DNA of 64,000 nt, taken from contig JBHGNT010000015.1 of the NCBI GenBank assembly GCA_043228905.1, forward strand, positions 20,212,001 through 20,276,000, written 5' to 3'. The translations under genes were made by a program, and so were the position numbers. The notes under the pieces are model-generated. The model was not told where the DNA came from. It did not search any database and saw only the letters and a list, made by a program, of their open reading frames with translations. This document shows, in pieces, positions 37,788-51,113 of the stretch. Origin of the DNA: Azolla caroliniana (taxonomy: Eukaryota; Plantae; Polypodiophyta). Each line of letters opens with the position of its first letter. Position 1 is the first letter of the stretch.

Positions 37788-40700
37788 CATCCTACACAGC
37801 CGGTGAGCATGGCTGTGTTCGGATGGGAAATGAAGGTACGTGCCGGATTGCCGGCATAGGAGACGTGTGGTTGACAACCCCGACCGGATGCAAAATGCTG
37901 TTGAAGGATGTCCGACACGTTCCGGAGGTTCGATTGAACCTGATTTCGGCCGGGAGGCTAGACGATGAAGGCTACACAGGTAGCATCCGGAACGGCGTGA
38001 TGAAGTTCAGCAAAGGGAGCCTGATAGTGGCTCGGGCCCGGAAGGTCAATACATTGTACCTGATGAATTCCCGGCTATGTCCGGAGGAGCTGAACGTGGC
38101 AGCCGACACTGCCGGAGAGCTGTGGCACAAGAGACTGTGCCACATGAGTGAGAAAGGGATGAAGAGGCTTGCAGAAGACAACCTTATTCCAGTGAAGCAT
38201 GTGCACCTGGAGAAGTGCACCGATTGCCGAACCGAACCTCCTTCCACTCAAGGCCACCGACGAGACGTAGCGCACCATTGGAGTTGGTGCATACTGATGT
38301 GTGTCAGGTAGAAACGAAGTCACACGGCGGAGCCCAGTACTTCGTGACTTTCATTGATGATCACAGCCGGAAGCTGTGGACAGCACCGTTGAAGACAAAG
38401 GACCAAGTATTGTCCGTCTTCAAAGAACTCCACGCGAGAGTGGAAAGGGAATCCGGCAAGAAGCTGAAAACGATACGAGCGGATAACGGAGGGGAATACC
38501 GGGGGCAGTTCCAGGAGTACTGTCGCTCGAAGGGAATCCGGCTCGAGTTTACTGTGCCGAAGACGCCGGAACTGAACGGGCTGGCCGAGAGGATGAACCG
38601 GACCATAATGGAGAGGGTCCGGAGTATGCTGGCGCATGCGAAATTACCCAAGGGATTTTGGGCTGAGGCAATGTCGACGGCGACGTATGTGATAAATAGA
38701 TCACCCTCAGTACCTTTGGACGGAGACACGCCGCAGAAAGTGTGGACCGGTAAGGAAGTGTCCTACCGGCATCTGAAGGTGTTCGGGTGTCTCGCATACG
38801 TGCATGTGGCAAAGGACCGGAGAGGAAAGTTAGATCCAAAGACCTGGCCATGCATATTCCTCGGTTACGGCGACGACGAGTTCGGCTACCGAGTATGGGA
38901 CCCGGTCGACAAGAAGATATTCAGGAGTCGAGACATCATCTTCATGGAGGACAAGACACTCGCCGACTGGGAGTCGGAGAAGAAGATGAAGAGCTCCAAG
39001 TCGACCGGTGAGGATCAACTCTACGAGGAGCAGTCCCGACCGCCAAGGGACCGGTTAGCACTCGAGGATCCGGCCGAAGACGGTGAAGAAACCGAACCGG
39101 CCGAAGAAGACGAAAATGATACCGGAACCGGCCCCGATCCCGAAATGGATTCGGATGAAGAAGAATCGGAAGAACCGGTTACCGAAGCTCCGGAACGGAG
39201 ATATCCTCTAAGAGAGAGAAGGGCCCCCCGGAGATTTCCGGAACCAGAGCACGTGCTGCTAACCGACGAGGGGGAGCCGGAGAGCTTTGAAGAAGCAAAG
39301 CATGACACCCAGAGCCGCAGGTGGTTGAGTGCCATGCAGGACGAGATGGATTCCCTGCATGAGAACCACACATATGAACTTGTGGAGTTGCCGAAAGGAA
39401 AGCGGGCACTTCGAAACAAGTGGGTGTTCAAGCTGAAACCGGGAGATGCCGGAAACCCCCCGAGATACAAAGCCAGGATCGTGGTGAAGGGGTTTCAGCA
39501 GAAGAAGGGCGTCGACTTCGACGAGATTTTTGCCCCGGTAGTGAAGATGACCTCCATCCGGACGGTGCTGAGCATTGCGGCAAGCATGGACCTCGAGGTA
39601 GAACAGATGGACGTGAAGACGGCATTCCTTCACGGTGACCTCGATGAAGAGATCTACATGCAGCAACCGGAAGGATTCGAGAAGAAAGGGAAGGAGCACC
39701 TGGTATGCCGGTTGAAGAAGAGCCTTTACGGACTGAAGCAGGCTCCCCGGCAATGGTACCGGAAGTTCGACTCCTTCATGACCGACGAAGGGTACCTCAA
39801 AACGCAGTCCGACCACTGCGTGTTTGTGAAGAAGTTCGAAGGAGGAGACTTTCTAATACTCCTCCTGTACGTGGACGACATGTTGATCGTCGGACGGGAC
39901 CAGGTCAAGATACGGATGCTGAAGAAGGCTCTTCACCGAACCTTCTCAATGAAGGACTTGGGTCCGGCGAGGCAAATATTAGGGATGCACATCATCCGGG
40001 ACCGGAAGAAGAAGCAGTTGTGGCTGTCACAGGAGAAGTACGTGACGAAGGTGCTTCACCGGTTCAACATGTCGGAAGCAAGACCGGTCGGGTCAACCCT
40101 CCCGGCAAACTGCAAGTTCTCCAGCAAGCAAAGTCCCAAGACAAAGGCTGAGAAGGAGGACATGATGAAAGTGCCATATGCCTCTGCCGTCGGAAGCTTG
40201 ATGTACGCAATGGTGTGTACAAGACCGGACATAGGATATGCAGTCGGAGTGGTGAGCCGGTACATGAGCAATCCCGGCAAAGAGCATTGGAACGCGGCCA
40301 AGTGGATACTCCGATACCTGAAGGGCACGGCAAACGTGTGCCTCCGATTCGGCTCCGGTAAGCCCGAACTCGACGGCTTTACCGATTCGGATATGTCGGC
40401 TGATGCAGATACCAGCCGGTCCACATCAGGGTATGTGATGACGTACGCAGGGGGAGCTGTTTCATGGCAGTCGAGGCTGCAGAAGACGGTTGCGTTGTCA
40501 ACCACGGAGGCGGAGTACATGGCGGCTGTTGAAGCCGGCAAGGAAATAATATGGATGAAGGACTTCATTAGAGAGCTCGGTATCCAGCAGGAGGAGTACC
40601 GACTCTACTGCGACAGTCAGAGTGCCATCCACCTTGCGAAGAACGCGGCCTATCACTCCCGGACGAAGCACATCCAGCGAAGATATCACTGGATCCGGGA

Positions 40701-40845
40701 AAGGATAGAAGACAAGGAGTTCGTGCTGACGAAGGTCCACACGGACGAGAACGGGTCGGATATGCTGACCAAGGTGCTCACACCTGACAAGCTGGAAGCA
40801 TGCCGGAAGAGGATCGGATTGGAGAGACATCCCATGCCGAAGTGA
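37788..40845 (+). pseudogene. copia pol (PR C-part, IN, RT, RH); frameshifting deletion near 38229
   Basis: LWHKRLCHMS..CTDC then frame change; IRADNGGEY, LYVDDML, DMLTKVL. Confidence 0.92.
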
Positions 40846-42035
40846 AGGGGGAGTTTGTTGGGATTACGGTCCCTCCGGATGGGATGGTCGGATGTCCGGG
40901 AATCGGGAATGAAGACCCCGGTTACGGAGCCGGATGATGAAGACCCCGGTTACGGAGCCGGATGATGAAGACCCCGGTTACGGAGCCGGATGACGAATGT
41001 ACCCGGAGAGAGATCCGGATGCGGGGACATATTTGTGAATATGTTTGCCAAGAGCCCTTGAGGCTATATTTGTAAATAGCCCGAAAGTCATATGTGTATA
41101 AATATGACTTAGGGCAAACAGTTTATTGGTTGTTGCTCATTTTATGTTTTCAGCCGAGAGAGTGAAGTGAGAGCAGCCGAGAGAGAGAGAGAGAAAGGAA
41201 GGGGTCGACGCCTCTGTGTATTACCGCCGCCTGTGGCGAAGACAGTGAGCTCAAGGTTGTTGCCTTGTAGCTTCACCATTGTACATCTCTGTGTATAGTG
41301 ATAGTTGGAGTTTGATGACTCCCGTGGTTTTTCCCATTTAGGGTTTTCCACGTAAAACACCCTGTGTACTCTCCTCTCTATTCTACTTCGTGCATTTTGT
41401 ATTTCCTGTTTTCTGTGAATTTATCCTATTACTCGGTGGTGGCTGAGCACTGTTTTACAACATAACGCGTGGATTCCGCAAACCGCGCACACTACGCAAT
41501 AACGCGTGGATTACGCAACCGCGCAACAAAGCCGCGAAGAGCTGATCTACCGCGCAAAGCTGCGAACAAAGAGGCAAGCCAAAGCGCAGACTTCGCAACT
41601 ACACACAACGCAAGCTGGAGCACATATTCCGCAACTCCGCATAAATGCGAGTCGACGCGGACTCCGGAATGCGAGTCGAAGCGGATTTCAGATACCGTCT
41701 GAAACCGAGCTGGCTTGAGCTTGAGGGGGCATGTTGAGAATCAAGCTCAACTTGGTCTAGTGTGTGAACTCACCTTGAGAGTGAATAGACACTCCAACGG
41801 TCAAGAGTCACCATTATGTCACCTCTTTGTATTCTAGCATTTAGTATGAGTCATAGAATCATATTCTATGACACATAACTTATGAGCTTTCACATTCCCC
41901 ATGCTCCATGAGTCTTGTAGTTAATGAAGAGAGAGGGTGACTACATAAAGCACCCTCCTCCCACCTTGTACATAGGTACCGAGTCTTTCTCCTTTGTTAA
42001 TATACTTTTACCTTGCGTATTCTCTGTTTCTTATT

Positions 42036-42084
<49 letters not shown>

Positions 42085-42736
42085 TATGCGAGCTATGTAG
42101 CGAAGCTACGATAGCGATGAGCCGGTTCTTGGTCGTCGGCATGGAGCACAACACACGATCACGATGAGGCGAATGGGCTAGATCAAGCTACCAAATCGCT
42201 CTGATACCATGTAAAGAATCAAGAGATGGATTCTTGTGAAGCGGAAGAGATATGAGTTATGTGTGTGTATGAGAGAGAGAGAGTGAATGAGTCAAGGAAT
42301 AAGACACAGAGAATACACAAGGTAAAAGTATATTAACAAAGGAGAAAGACTCGGCACCTATGTACAAGGTGGGAGGAGGGTGCTTTATGTAGTCACCCTC
42401 TCTCTTCATTAACTACAAGACTCATGGAGCATGGGGAATGTGAAAGCTCATAAGTTATGTGTCATATAATATGATTCTATGACTCATACTAAATGCTAGA
42501 ATACAAAGAGGTGACTCTTGACCGTTGGAGTGTCTATTCACTCTCAAGGTGAGTTCACACACTAGACCAAGTTGAGCTTGATTCTCAATAGGGTGCAAGC
42601 AAGGCTTGAACCTTGCACCTCTATGATAAGAGACGAATTAACTTACCACTAAAGCAACGCTTTAGATTGTGTATATTTTCTCTTCATATTCAATATTTCG
42701 TACGAAACGAACATATAAAAACCGTGGGCACAAAAA

Positions 42737-42870
42737 CCATGGTTTTAGCCCATGGTTTTAGCCCGTGGTTTTAGCACCCCTGTGGTCTTAGCCCATGGTT
42801 TCTACCCGTGGTTTTAGCCCATGGTTTCAGCCCACGGTTTTAGCCCGTGGGTTTAGCCCATGGTTTTTGC
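42737..42870 (+). repeat. ~10 x 13-bp CATGGTTTTAGCC array directly upstream of the LTR TATA box (42882)
   Basis: Read directly from the sequence. Confidence 0.85.
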
Positions 42871-45800
42871 ATGGAGAGACCTATAAAAGCCTATAGTGGG
42901 GCTTGTGTAAGGGCAAGTGATGTAAGTAAAAAAAAAACTTGTAATCAAAGATCTAAGTTATCCTAATGGTGATGTATCTTGTCTCATAAAACTAAAGTCA
43001 AGGGTTCAATCTCTATCTCAATCTCTTCATCCATCTATCTATCTTCAATACTTTCTCGCTTACGTTGTTAAAAACATTGAATCCTTCCGATCCAGGACCC
43101 CGGTGGTCCCGCTTCATTTCACGAACACGCGAGGATTTCCTCGACATCTTACTTGGTGAATGAGGCGATAGGGAGGATCTCAAGTACAACGATGGCTTCG
43201 ATAAGCAAAACTCAAGGAGAGGAATTAACGAAAGGTATGGTGTCCGTAGTGGAATACATGTTGAAGGTGAGAGATGGAGAAGCTTTAATCGACAAAGCTA
43301 TTGATCGTATGGTCGAGATAGTTGGACGATTTGGTGGCAAGAACATCATGAATTTCCTTGCTACCTATCGGAACAAGATGTAGCAGAGGGATGTCAACAA
43401 TCTCAAACAAATTTCTAGCTTCAAAAGTGTGGTGGAACGAGGTATCCGCAAGCATGTCATGGAGATCCAAAACGAGCACACAACTTGGGTGGAGTTCGAA
43501 AAGGCGCTTCTCGCTGAATACATGCTTGAAGATGCGTCACAGATGACTTGACATACGCTAATGATGTGGATCGAGAAGAAAGGGAAGAATATGTGTGTGT
43601 CTGGAGCATATGCCGAATTCGACTAGAAGTACAACCGACTTCCAAGTGTAGATCAACGAGTTCTTGATGGAGATAAAGTCCTACTATTCCTAAAGGCAGT
43701 GGATGTGAAAGATCAGCGAGAATTGGGAAACCTTTTGGAGGACGAAACACAACCAAATTGTTTGGTAGCGGACTGGGCGGCGTTGAAGAAGACTTGTAGC
43801 CATCTTGATAAGCGTCGACAATGGCAAGAGGAAACTGATATGGAGAATCCACAATCGTGGAGGCGGAAGGCGCCTATGACGATCGAGCCTAGCAAGCCGA
43901 TCAACAATTTCGACAAGAAAGTGATGGAAGAATCCATAATTGAAGAGATCTCCAAGAAGTTTGAAGCGGTATCGTTGGCCAACTTAGGTCGATGTGGGCC
44001 CAATGGAAAAGAAGCGTATAGATGTGTGTGGTGCGACAGCTTCGAGCACTCGCGAAGGGAGTGCACTGACTTGCAAGATGCGATTCGCAAGAACGTCGTC
44101 TATTTGGACGGCAACATGATTCATTCGAGCGAGACTCGGAAGCCACTACGAGTGAACTTCGAAAGACGCGGGCTGAAAAAGATCGTGCACTATGCTGCAT
44201 TGGCCAGGATATGAGTTGGAAGAGAGAATCTAAAGACGATCAAGCCGGGAGTTGGGTTTTGGCAAAATCGATTTGAAGGATCTACAACTTGCTGATCGGA
44301 ATGTGCGATGAGTTACCGGATGGTCGGATCCAGTCAACGATAACACAAGCTTTGCAGAGGTTGTGTATGACAACTATGAAGCTCTTGTCGAAGAGAAGAG
44401 GAAAAGAACTGATGAAGAAGATGACACATCAAAGCGTCACAATACGAGGAATGAACGGAAAGAAGGACAAGCCCAACCTACGCCACGAAAAGAGATAGGA
44501 GAAACAAGCATGAAGCCCGGTGGATCGAGCCAACCTTCTCGGATTGAAGTCGATGAATCTGTGAAGAAAGGAAAAGAACGAGTGGTGCCGCTAAGGTTGG
44601 ACATAGAACAAACAACCGACTTGTGGAAGGTCCTTGAGGAGAAGGTTTTAGACAGTCATGTCGACCTTACTTTGAGAGAGCTACTTGGGATCGCTAAGAA
44701 GGAGTTCCACGATACTATTGTGGAATTGATTAAGCGGAAGAGGCAACAAGCAGATGAAGAGGAGGTGAAAACAAGTGCCATAACTATGGCAAGATCGGAA
44801 GAGGAGAAAGAAGAAGAAGTGATGGTGGACAACCATTACTCTCAGCCTCATTGGGCAAGAGCGACAACGGAGACGCCGGTGAAGATCAGGGAGAAGAAAG
44901 AGACTGTGGTAGCTTTGATTGACCATGGTTCGGAGATTAACCTCATGTCGACTCAGGTCTACAAAAAGGGAAGATGGCCGATTAATACAAACCACAGATG
45001 GAAGATTCGAGCGGCAACGAGGGCCACGGAGGACTTGTATGGAGCTTGTCCCAATGTTAAAGTCATAATTGGGGATGTGGAGATGGATCAACACTTCTTC
45101 GTGCAAGAATCGGCTTTGCATCCTGTCATCCTGGGTCAACTGTATATCACATCATCTCGGTTGGAGACCAAGGTGTTCAATAATGGAGCAGCCTTCACGC
45201 GAATCAAGAGTCTTGACAATCAAAGATTTGTTCAATTCCTAACAGTGCGAGCTAATCATGAAAGAAATCGAGATAGTCTTGGAGGTGAATCACCAGATTT
45301 TTAGAGCGGAATATTGAAGCATGGGGCACAAATAGTCCGATCGATCGCAAGTGCCCACAAGGGAGTAGACCGCGTGGATTGCGAGGAGAAGCAACATATG
45401 TCACACCTAGTGGCACATGTAAACTAGTACTACCCGACAAGAAGGACAAGCGTCAGATACAAGACTTCGAGAAGATGCAGAAAGAAGAAAGCATAATAGA
45501 AAAAGAAGAGTTCGTGACTCATATTATGGAAGAAGCCTCATTTAACGACACCATCAGCAAAATTGAGGATGTCGTGGACTTGAGCTATCTACACGATCAT
45601 CGTGTGATTTCGGTTAGCTCCATCAACATGTACGCTATCATCGATGAATATCATCGAAACATCTTGATGAAGGAAGCTGACATCAACACAAAATATAAAA
45701 CATTGGATAGGAAGATCAAGCCAATTGCGGTTCCGCTACCGGAAGATAGCTGGCAAAAGATGAAGGAAGTCGCTAACGATCCAAGCTTAAGAGATCCAAA

Positions 45801-46393
45801 GACAATAGGTCATGTCTTCACCGAAGAGACGAAGGGGAAGTTACAGGTTGGAAGGGAGGATTTCCTCCTCCCTGAAGAGGAGCGAATGTTTCGCGACATG
45901 CTTGAGAGACATGGGAAGGCTTTCGCATTTTCCCCACAAGAAATCAGATGTGTTGATCCAAGGACAATAGAGCCAATGGTAATCTTCATGGTGCCGCACA
46001 TGCCTTGGAATTTGAAACCGAAACCGGTTCCGAGAGCACACCTACCGAAGTTGATCGAGCTCTTAAAGGAGAAGGTGGATATGGGAATTTTGGAACCGTC
46101 GAATGCTCCCTATTCTAATAGGTGGTTCACGGTGTCGAAGAAGAATGGATCATTGCGATCCATCCAAGATCTTCAACCCGTCAACAAGGTGACAATTCGA
46201 AATGCTGGAATCTGTCCGAGCATGGACGAATTTGCCGAGGCATTTGCGGGCCGGTCCATCTAATCCATTGGTGATCTCTACTCCGTATATGACCAATTCC
46301 AGTTAGCAATCGACAATCGTGATATTACGACCATGAGGACTCCGATCGGGCTCGTGTGGATGTGTACCTTACGTCCAGGTGAAATGAACTCGG

Positions 46394-49300
46394 TGTCAGG
46401 AACAGTACTGAGACAGAGAAGGAATTAGTACTAAACGAAGGATTAGTACTATGAGAGGTGTAGAACTTCTTCGAGAGAAGGAAGGAGTGAGCAAGACGGA
46501 GAGGAAGAGAGAGAGAGTGATGATAAGAAAGATATGTATTATATGAAGAGAATATACAATGGTGGCTAAAAGGCTTAAGAATGGCGTTGAACCAATTTGG
46601 TTCAACATAATGCCTAGTGCCCTCTTTTATAGTGTTTTCAAGAGTAATCCTGAAGCTTCTAGAATGTTCCAGAGAAATTTGGAATATACACTAATTTCCT
46701 ATAATAAAATGTAAATGAAAATAATATTCTACGTATTACAATAGATGGTCTAATGGTCAAGAGCTCGACCCATATAACCTAAGGTCATGGGTTCGAGTCT
46801 TGCCATATCATGACACTATCCCCCCTTTAAAACGACGAGTGTCACGAGTCATCTTTGATTGAGGACCCGGTTTGTGTGGATATTGACGATGGAAGTCTTC
46901 AAGAAGAGCACGAGCGTTGGTCACATTCTCGATCGGTTCCCAAGTACGATCGCTGGGACTATAGCCTAGCCAATCGACTAGATAGTAGAGCTTGTTGCAA
47001 ACAATCTTGGAATCAAGAATGGCGGAAACCTCGTACTCCGGCCCATCTTCAAGCTCGATCGGGGTTGGAGGTTGGATAAGACGTCCTGGGATGGTGCTCT
47101 CGTGGTAGGGTTCAAGGAGAGAACTATGAAACACCGGATGTATCCGAAGTTGAGGAGGTAGATCGAGACGAAAAGCGACATCATTAATCTGTCCAATAAT
47201 ACGGAAAGGACCTAATCGCCGATAATCCAACTTCTCACATGGGCAAGTAGTCTTGATGTGTCGTTGTAGCAGCCACACCCGATCACCAATATTAAAACTG
47301 GATGGAAGTCGATGACGATCCGCGTAGACCTTGTGTGTTTGTTGAGCTTGCTGGAGATGAGTAGATAAATCCGCTTGTATCTTGCGTAACCGCTCCAAAC
47401 GATCCTCCGCGCACGGATTTGTGGACACCTCTGGGGTTTCAAGTATACTCCACCATGGGTGACATCCCGTATAAGCATAAAATGGCGTAACTTTAGTGGA
47501 TGCGTGGATAGAGTTGTTATAGGCAAATTCGGCGAAGTGGAGAATATCTGCCCAGTCATCCTGATGATAACTGAGAAAGCACCGCAGATACTGCTCCAGC
47601 GTTTGATTTGTTCGTTCAGCTTGGCCGTCGGTTTGTGGGTGGTAGCCGAAGGAGAGGTTACAAGAGACCTTGAGCATGTTAAAAAGGTGCTTCCAAAATT
47701 TTGACACGAACTGGGGTCCACGGTCGCTGATGATACTATCGGGAAGTCCATGATGCCGACATACTTCACGCATGACAATTTCGGCAGTGTCTTCACTGGA
47801 GATCTCCTTAGTACATGGCAAGAAATGAGCCATCTTCGTGTATCGATCGACCACCGTTAGAATCGCATTGAACCCCTTAGAGACTGGAAGATCTGTGATG
47901 AAGTCTAGAGCAATGGATTGCCACGGCTTGCTTGGAATTGGTAATGGTTCTAATAAACCATATGGATGATGCCTTGGCATTTTCGCTCTGCAACATGTAT
48001 CACAAGTCCGAACAAAATCCTCGACAAATTGTCGCATACAGGGCCACCAGAATGATCGTTGTACTAAATGTAATGTTTTAGTACTACCAAAATGCCCAGC
48101 TGTATATGTGTCATGGCAGTTTTGAACTACTCGAAGGCGGCAAGAACCATTAGGAACATACAAAATTTCTTTAAAGAAGAGTAATCCATCATGGTATTTG
48201 AATTGCCGATAGTCCGTACCTGGTGGTTGCGACTATGAACACGACGCTCGAGAGGGATCAATTTGTGCTAGTATAGCTTGGGCGAACGCATCTGTCTTCA
48301 AGTCTTCACGTATGGTATCGATAACGCGGGAATCCATGGGCATGTCAAAGATCTCTGTTGCTTGTAGTCGTGCCGGTCCCAAGATGACTTGTTTTTGGTT
48401 ATCGAAAGCTGGCTCGCCGGGACGGGGTGCTAGATACGAACGTCGTGATAATGCATCTGCCTTCCCTTGGTGCTTCCCCGGACGATATGTAATTTTGAAG
48501 TCGAAACGCGTGAGGAAGTGGGCCCACCGAGCTTGACGTCGATTCAACACACGAGCATCCTGAAAGTAGGCAAGATTCTTGTGATCACTAAATACGGTGA
48601 CTGGATGAGAGGATCCCTCCAGAAAATGCCTCCATTGCATAAAAGAATCCACTATTGCCAATAGCTCCTTATCATGAATTTCGTAGTTAATTTCGACGGC
48701 GTCAAACTTGCGTGAGTGAAAAGCCACTGGATGTAGCTTCTCATCATTCCCCTGTTGTGATAGAATGCTCCCCAATGCAAAATCCGATGCGTCAGCTTCG
48801 ATAATGAATGCTTTTTCCGGATCGACATGAGCTAGAATTGGAGCCGATGTAAATGCCTTTTTAAGACTCTCGAAATCCATGTCCGTTTCTTCAGACCAGA
48901 TGAACGGTTGTCCCTTCCTGGTAAGTTGTGTGAGAGGTAGAACGATCTTTGAGTAATCTTGTATGAACTTCCGGTAAAAATTGGAAAAGCCTAGGAAGCA
49001 TTGCACATCCCGCACCGAACGCAGAGTCTGCCATTCTACCACCGTTTTGACCTTAGCTGGGTCCATGGAGATGCCTTCTGACGAAATGATGTAGCCGAGA
49101 AATTCCACTTGGTTGCACCCGAAACTACATTTTTCCAGCTTTGCATACAGACCATGTTCTCGAAGTCGTTTTAGTACTGATAGTACATGAGAATCATGTT
49201 CTTCTTGGGTCTTTGAATAAACCAATAGATCATCCAAATAGATGATCAAACAATCATCCAATAGATCTCGGAATATATCATTAGCCATGTGCTGGAAGAC

Positions 49301-50764
49301 TGTCGGCGCATTAGTGAGGCCGAACGGCATGACCGTATACTCGAAGTGCCCATATCTGGTGCGAAACGCGGTCTTCCATTCGTCTCTTGGTCGGATACGT
49401 ACGAGGTTATATGCTCCCCGTAAGTCGATCTTCGTGAAGAACCTGGCACCATTGATCCGTTCTAAAAGACTTGAGATAAGGGGAAGAGCATACCTATTCC
49501 TGATTGTAACCTTATTAAAGCCATGGTAATCTACAACGAGACGAAGCGATCCATCTTTTTTCGAAACCAGGAAAATGGGCGCGCCGGCTGGAGATTTCGA
49601 ATGTCGAATGAAACCATTTTCCAAATTCTCCTCAATATAGGCCCGAAGGACTTCCAGCTCGGTTGGTGACAAATTGTAGATCGGTCCCCATGGCGGCTCT
49701 TTTCCCGGTTGTAAATCGATGGGGCAATCGTACAGTCGATGATGAGGAAGTGTGTTGGCTTGTACTTTATCGAACACATCGGCGTAATGACGATACTTCT
49801 CGGGAAGTTGAACGGTGGAATCTTCTTTAATGGTGCTGGAGGGGTTTACTGAAATGGTTGCCATCTTCTGAGTTGTCCCTTGGATTTGTCGACATCGGAT
49901 TTCTCTTGTTCTCCAATCTATGTCTGGGTTATGTAACTCGAACCACTGTAATCCTAAAACTATAGGATGTTCTGGGATACTAATAATATTAAATGATACT
50001 ACACATGCTAAGTTATCTAGGACAATATTAATGGGCTCTGACTCTTCTATGATATTTCCGGAAGCAATGGGACGTCCATCAATGACTACTACAGAGGCTA
50101 GACACTGGAGTTTTCTTAGGGATATCTTATGAACTTGAGCAAATTTCTTATCCATAAAGCAAGAGCTAGCTCCGGAATCTAGGAGTGCTAGGACATGTAC
50201 TAGAGGGGTACTTTTAGTACTAACTATTACTTCGGCTATGAACACATCACTAACTTGCTTAGAGGGAATGGAACCACTAATGGGTTGCACAGATCTAGGG
50301 CTGTCCAACCAAACGGCTCCTATTTTGGCTGGACTTAGTCGTTTAACTATTCTTCTAACTGACTAAGGACATCAAATTTGTTTGCTAGATCTGGGCTATT
50401 AGTACTATTAGGACTATCAGATATCCCTACTGAAATAGGCTCGGGTTTAGTACAATTAGAACTACCGACTATTTGGTTTACCTGTCTTCTTGGCCTATGG
50501 GGGCAATTTATTGCGATATGTCTTGGTCCACCGCAGTAAAGACATAGTCGATTTGTACGGCGTCACTGCTTTTCTTCTTCGGATAATGGCCCTCGACGAT
50601 GTGTAGTGTCAATCTCCATTGGAGTCGGAGTATTCGCTGGAGGCGCATTATATGACTCCCTCGGAAAAGGTCTTGCTACCACTGAGACTTAGTACTAAAC
50701 GAAGCATTAGTACTATGAGAGGTGTAGAACTTCTTCGAGAGAAGGAAGGAGTGAGCGAGACGAA

Positions 50765-50818
<54 letters not shown>

Positions 50819-51113
50819 TGATAAGAAAGATATGTATTATATGAAGAGAATATACAATGGTGGCTAAAAGGCTTAAGACTGGCGTTAAACCAATTTGGTT
50901 CAACATAATGCCTAGTGCCCTCTTTTATAGTGTTTTCAGGAGTAATCCTGAAGCTTCTAGAATGTTCTAGAGAAATCTAGAATATACACTAATTTCCTAT
51001 AATAAAATGTAAATGAAAATAATATCCTACGTATTACAATAGATGGTCTAATGGTCAAGAGCTCGACCCATATAACCTAAGGTCATGGGTTCGAGCCTTG
51101 CCATATCACGACA
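46394..51113 (-). mobile_element. Tcn1-like chromovirus; 3' LTR 46394-46815, truncated 5' LTR ~50681-51113; PBS and most of gag deleted
   Basis: TSD CTCGG at 46389-46393 and 51114-51118. The LTR is homologous to 2570-3013. Confidence 0.95.
46808..50347 (-). pseudogene. gypsy pol (PR-RT-RH, stop at 48233, IN-chromodomain)
   Basis: ORFs 48233-50308 and 46808-48163 are in the same frame, separated by one TAG. Confidence 0.92.

Larger units (their letters stand above)
29916..41462 (+). mobile_element. Young Tnt1-like Ty1/copia element; LTRs 29916-30522 and 40856-41462 (607 bp)
   Basis: TSD TAACG at 29911-29915 and 41463-41467. PBS TGGTATCAGAGC 30526-30537. PPT 40845-40853. One LTR difference seen by eye. 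Confidence 0.97.
29190..42590 (+). mobile_element. 5'-truncated Ty1/copia host (RT-RH 29190-29913, 3' region 41468-41731, partial 3' LTR 41732-~42081), followed by inverted leader + PBS + LTR (42082-42590)
   Basis: YRQLIGSLIYLT and DIFTKAL motifs. PPT GAGGGGGCA. 42210-42590 is the reverse complement of the 41732 LTR, with PBS TGGTATCAGAGC at 42198-42209 (-). Confidence 0.85.

Noticed and set aside
29916-41462. Host LTRs (1 difference seen) look younger than the nested element's LTRs (about 3)
   Set aside because: The counts are too small to distinguish from chance.
42737-42870. Interstitial telomeric repeat
   Set aside because: The period is 13 bp with TTTAGCCC, not TTTAGGG.
46740-46806. 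tRNA gene
   Set aside because: A/B boxes are present but acceptor, anticodon and T stems do not pair; treated as an LTR-borne promoter-like module.
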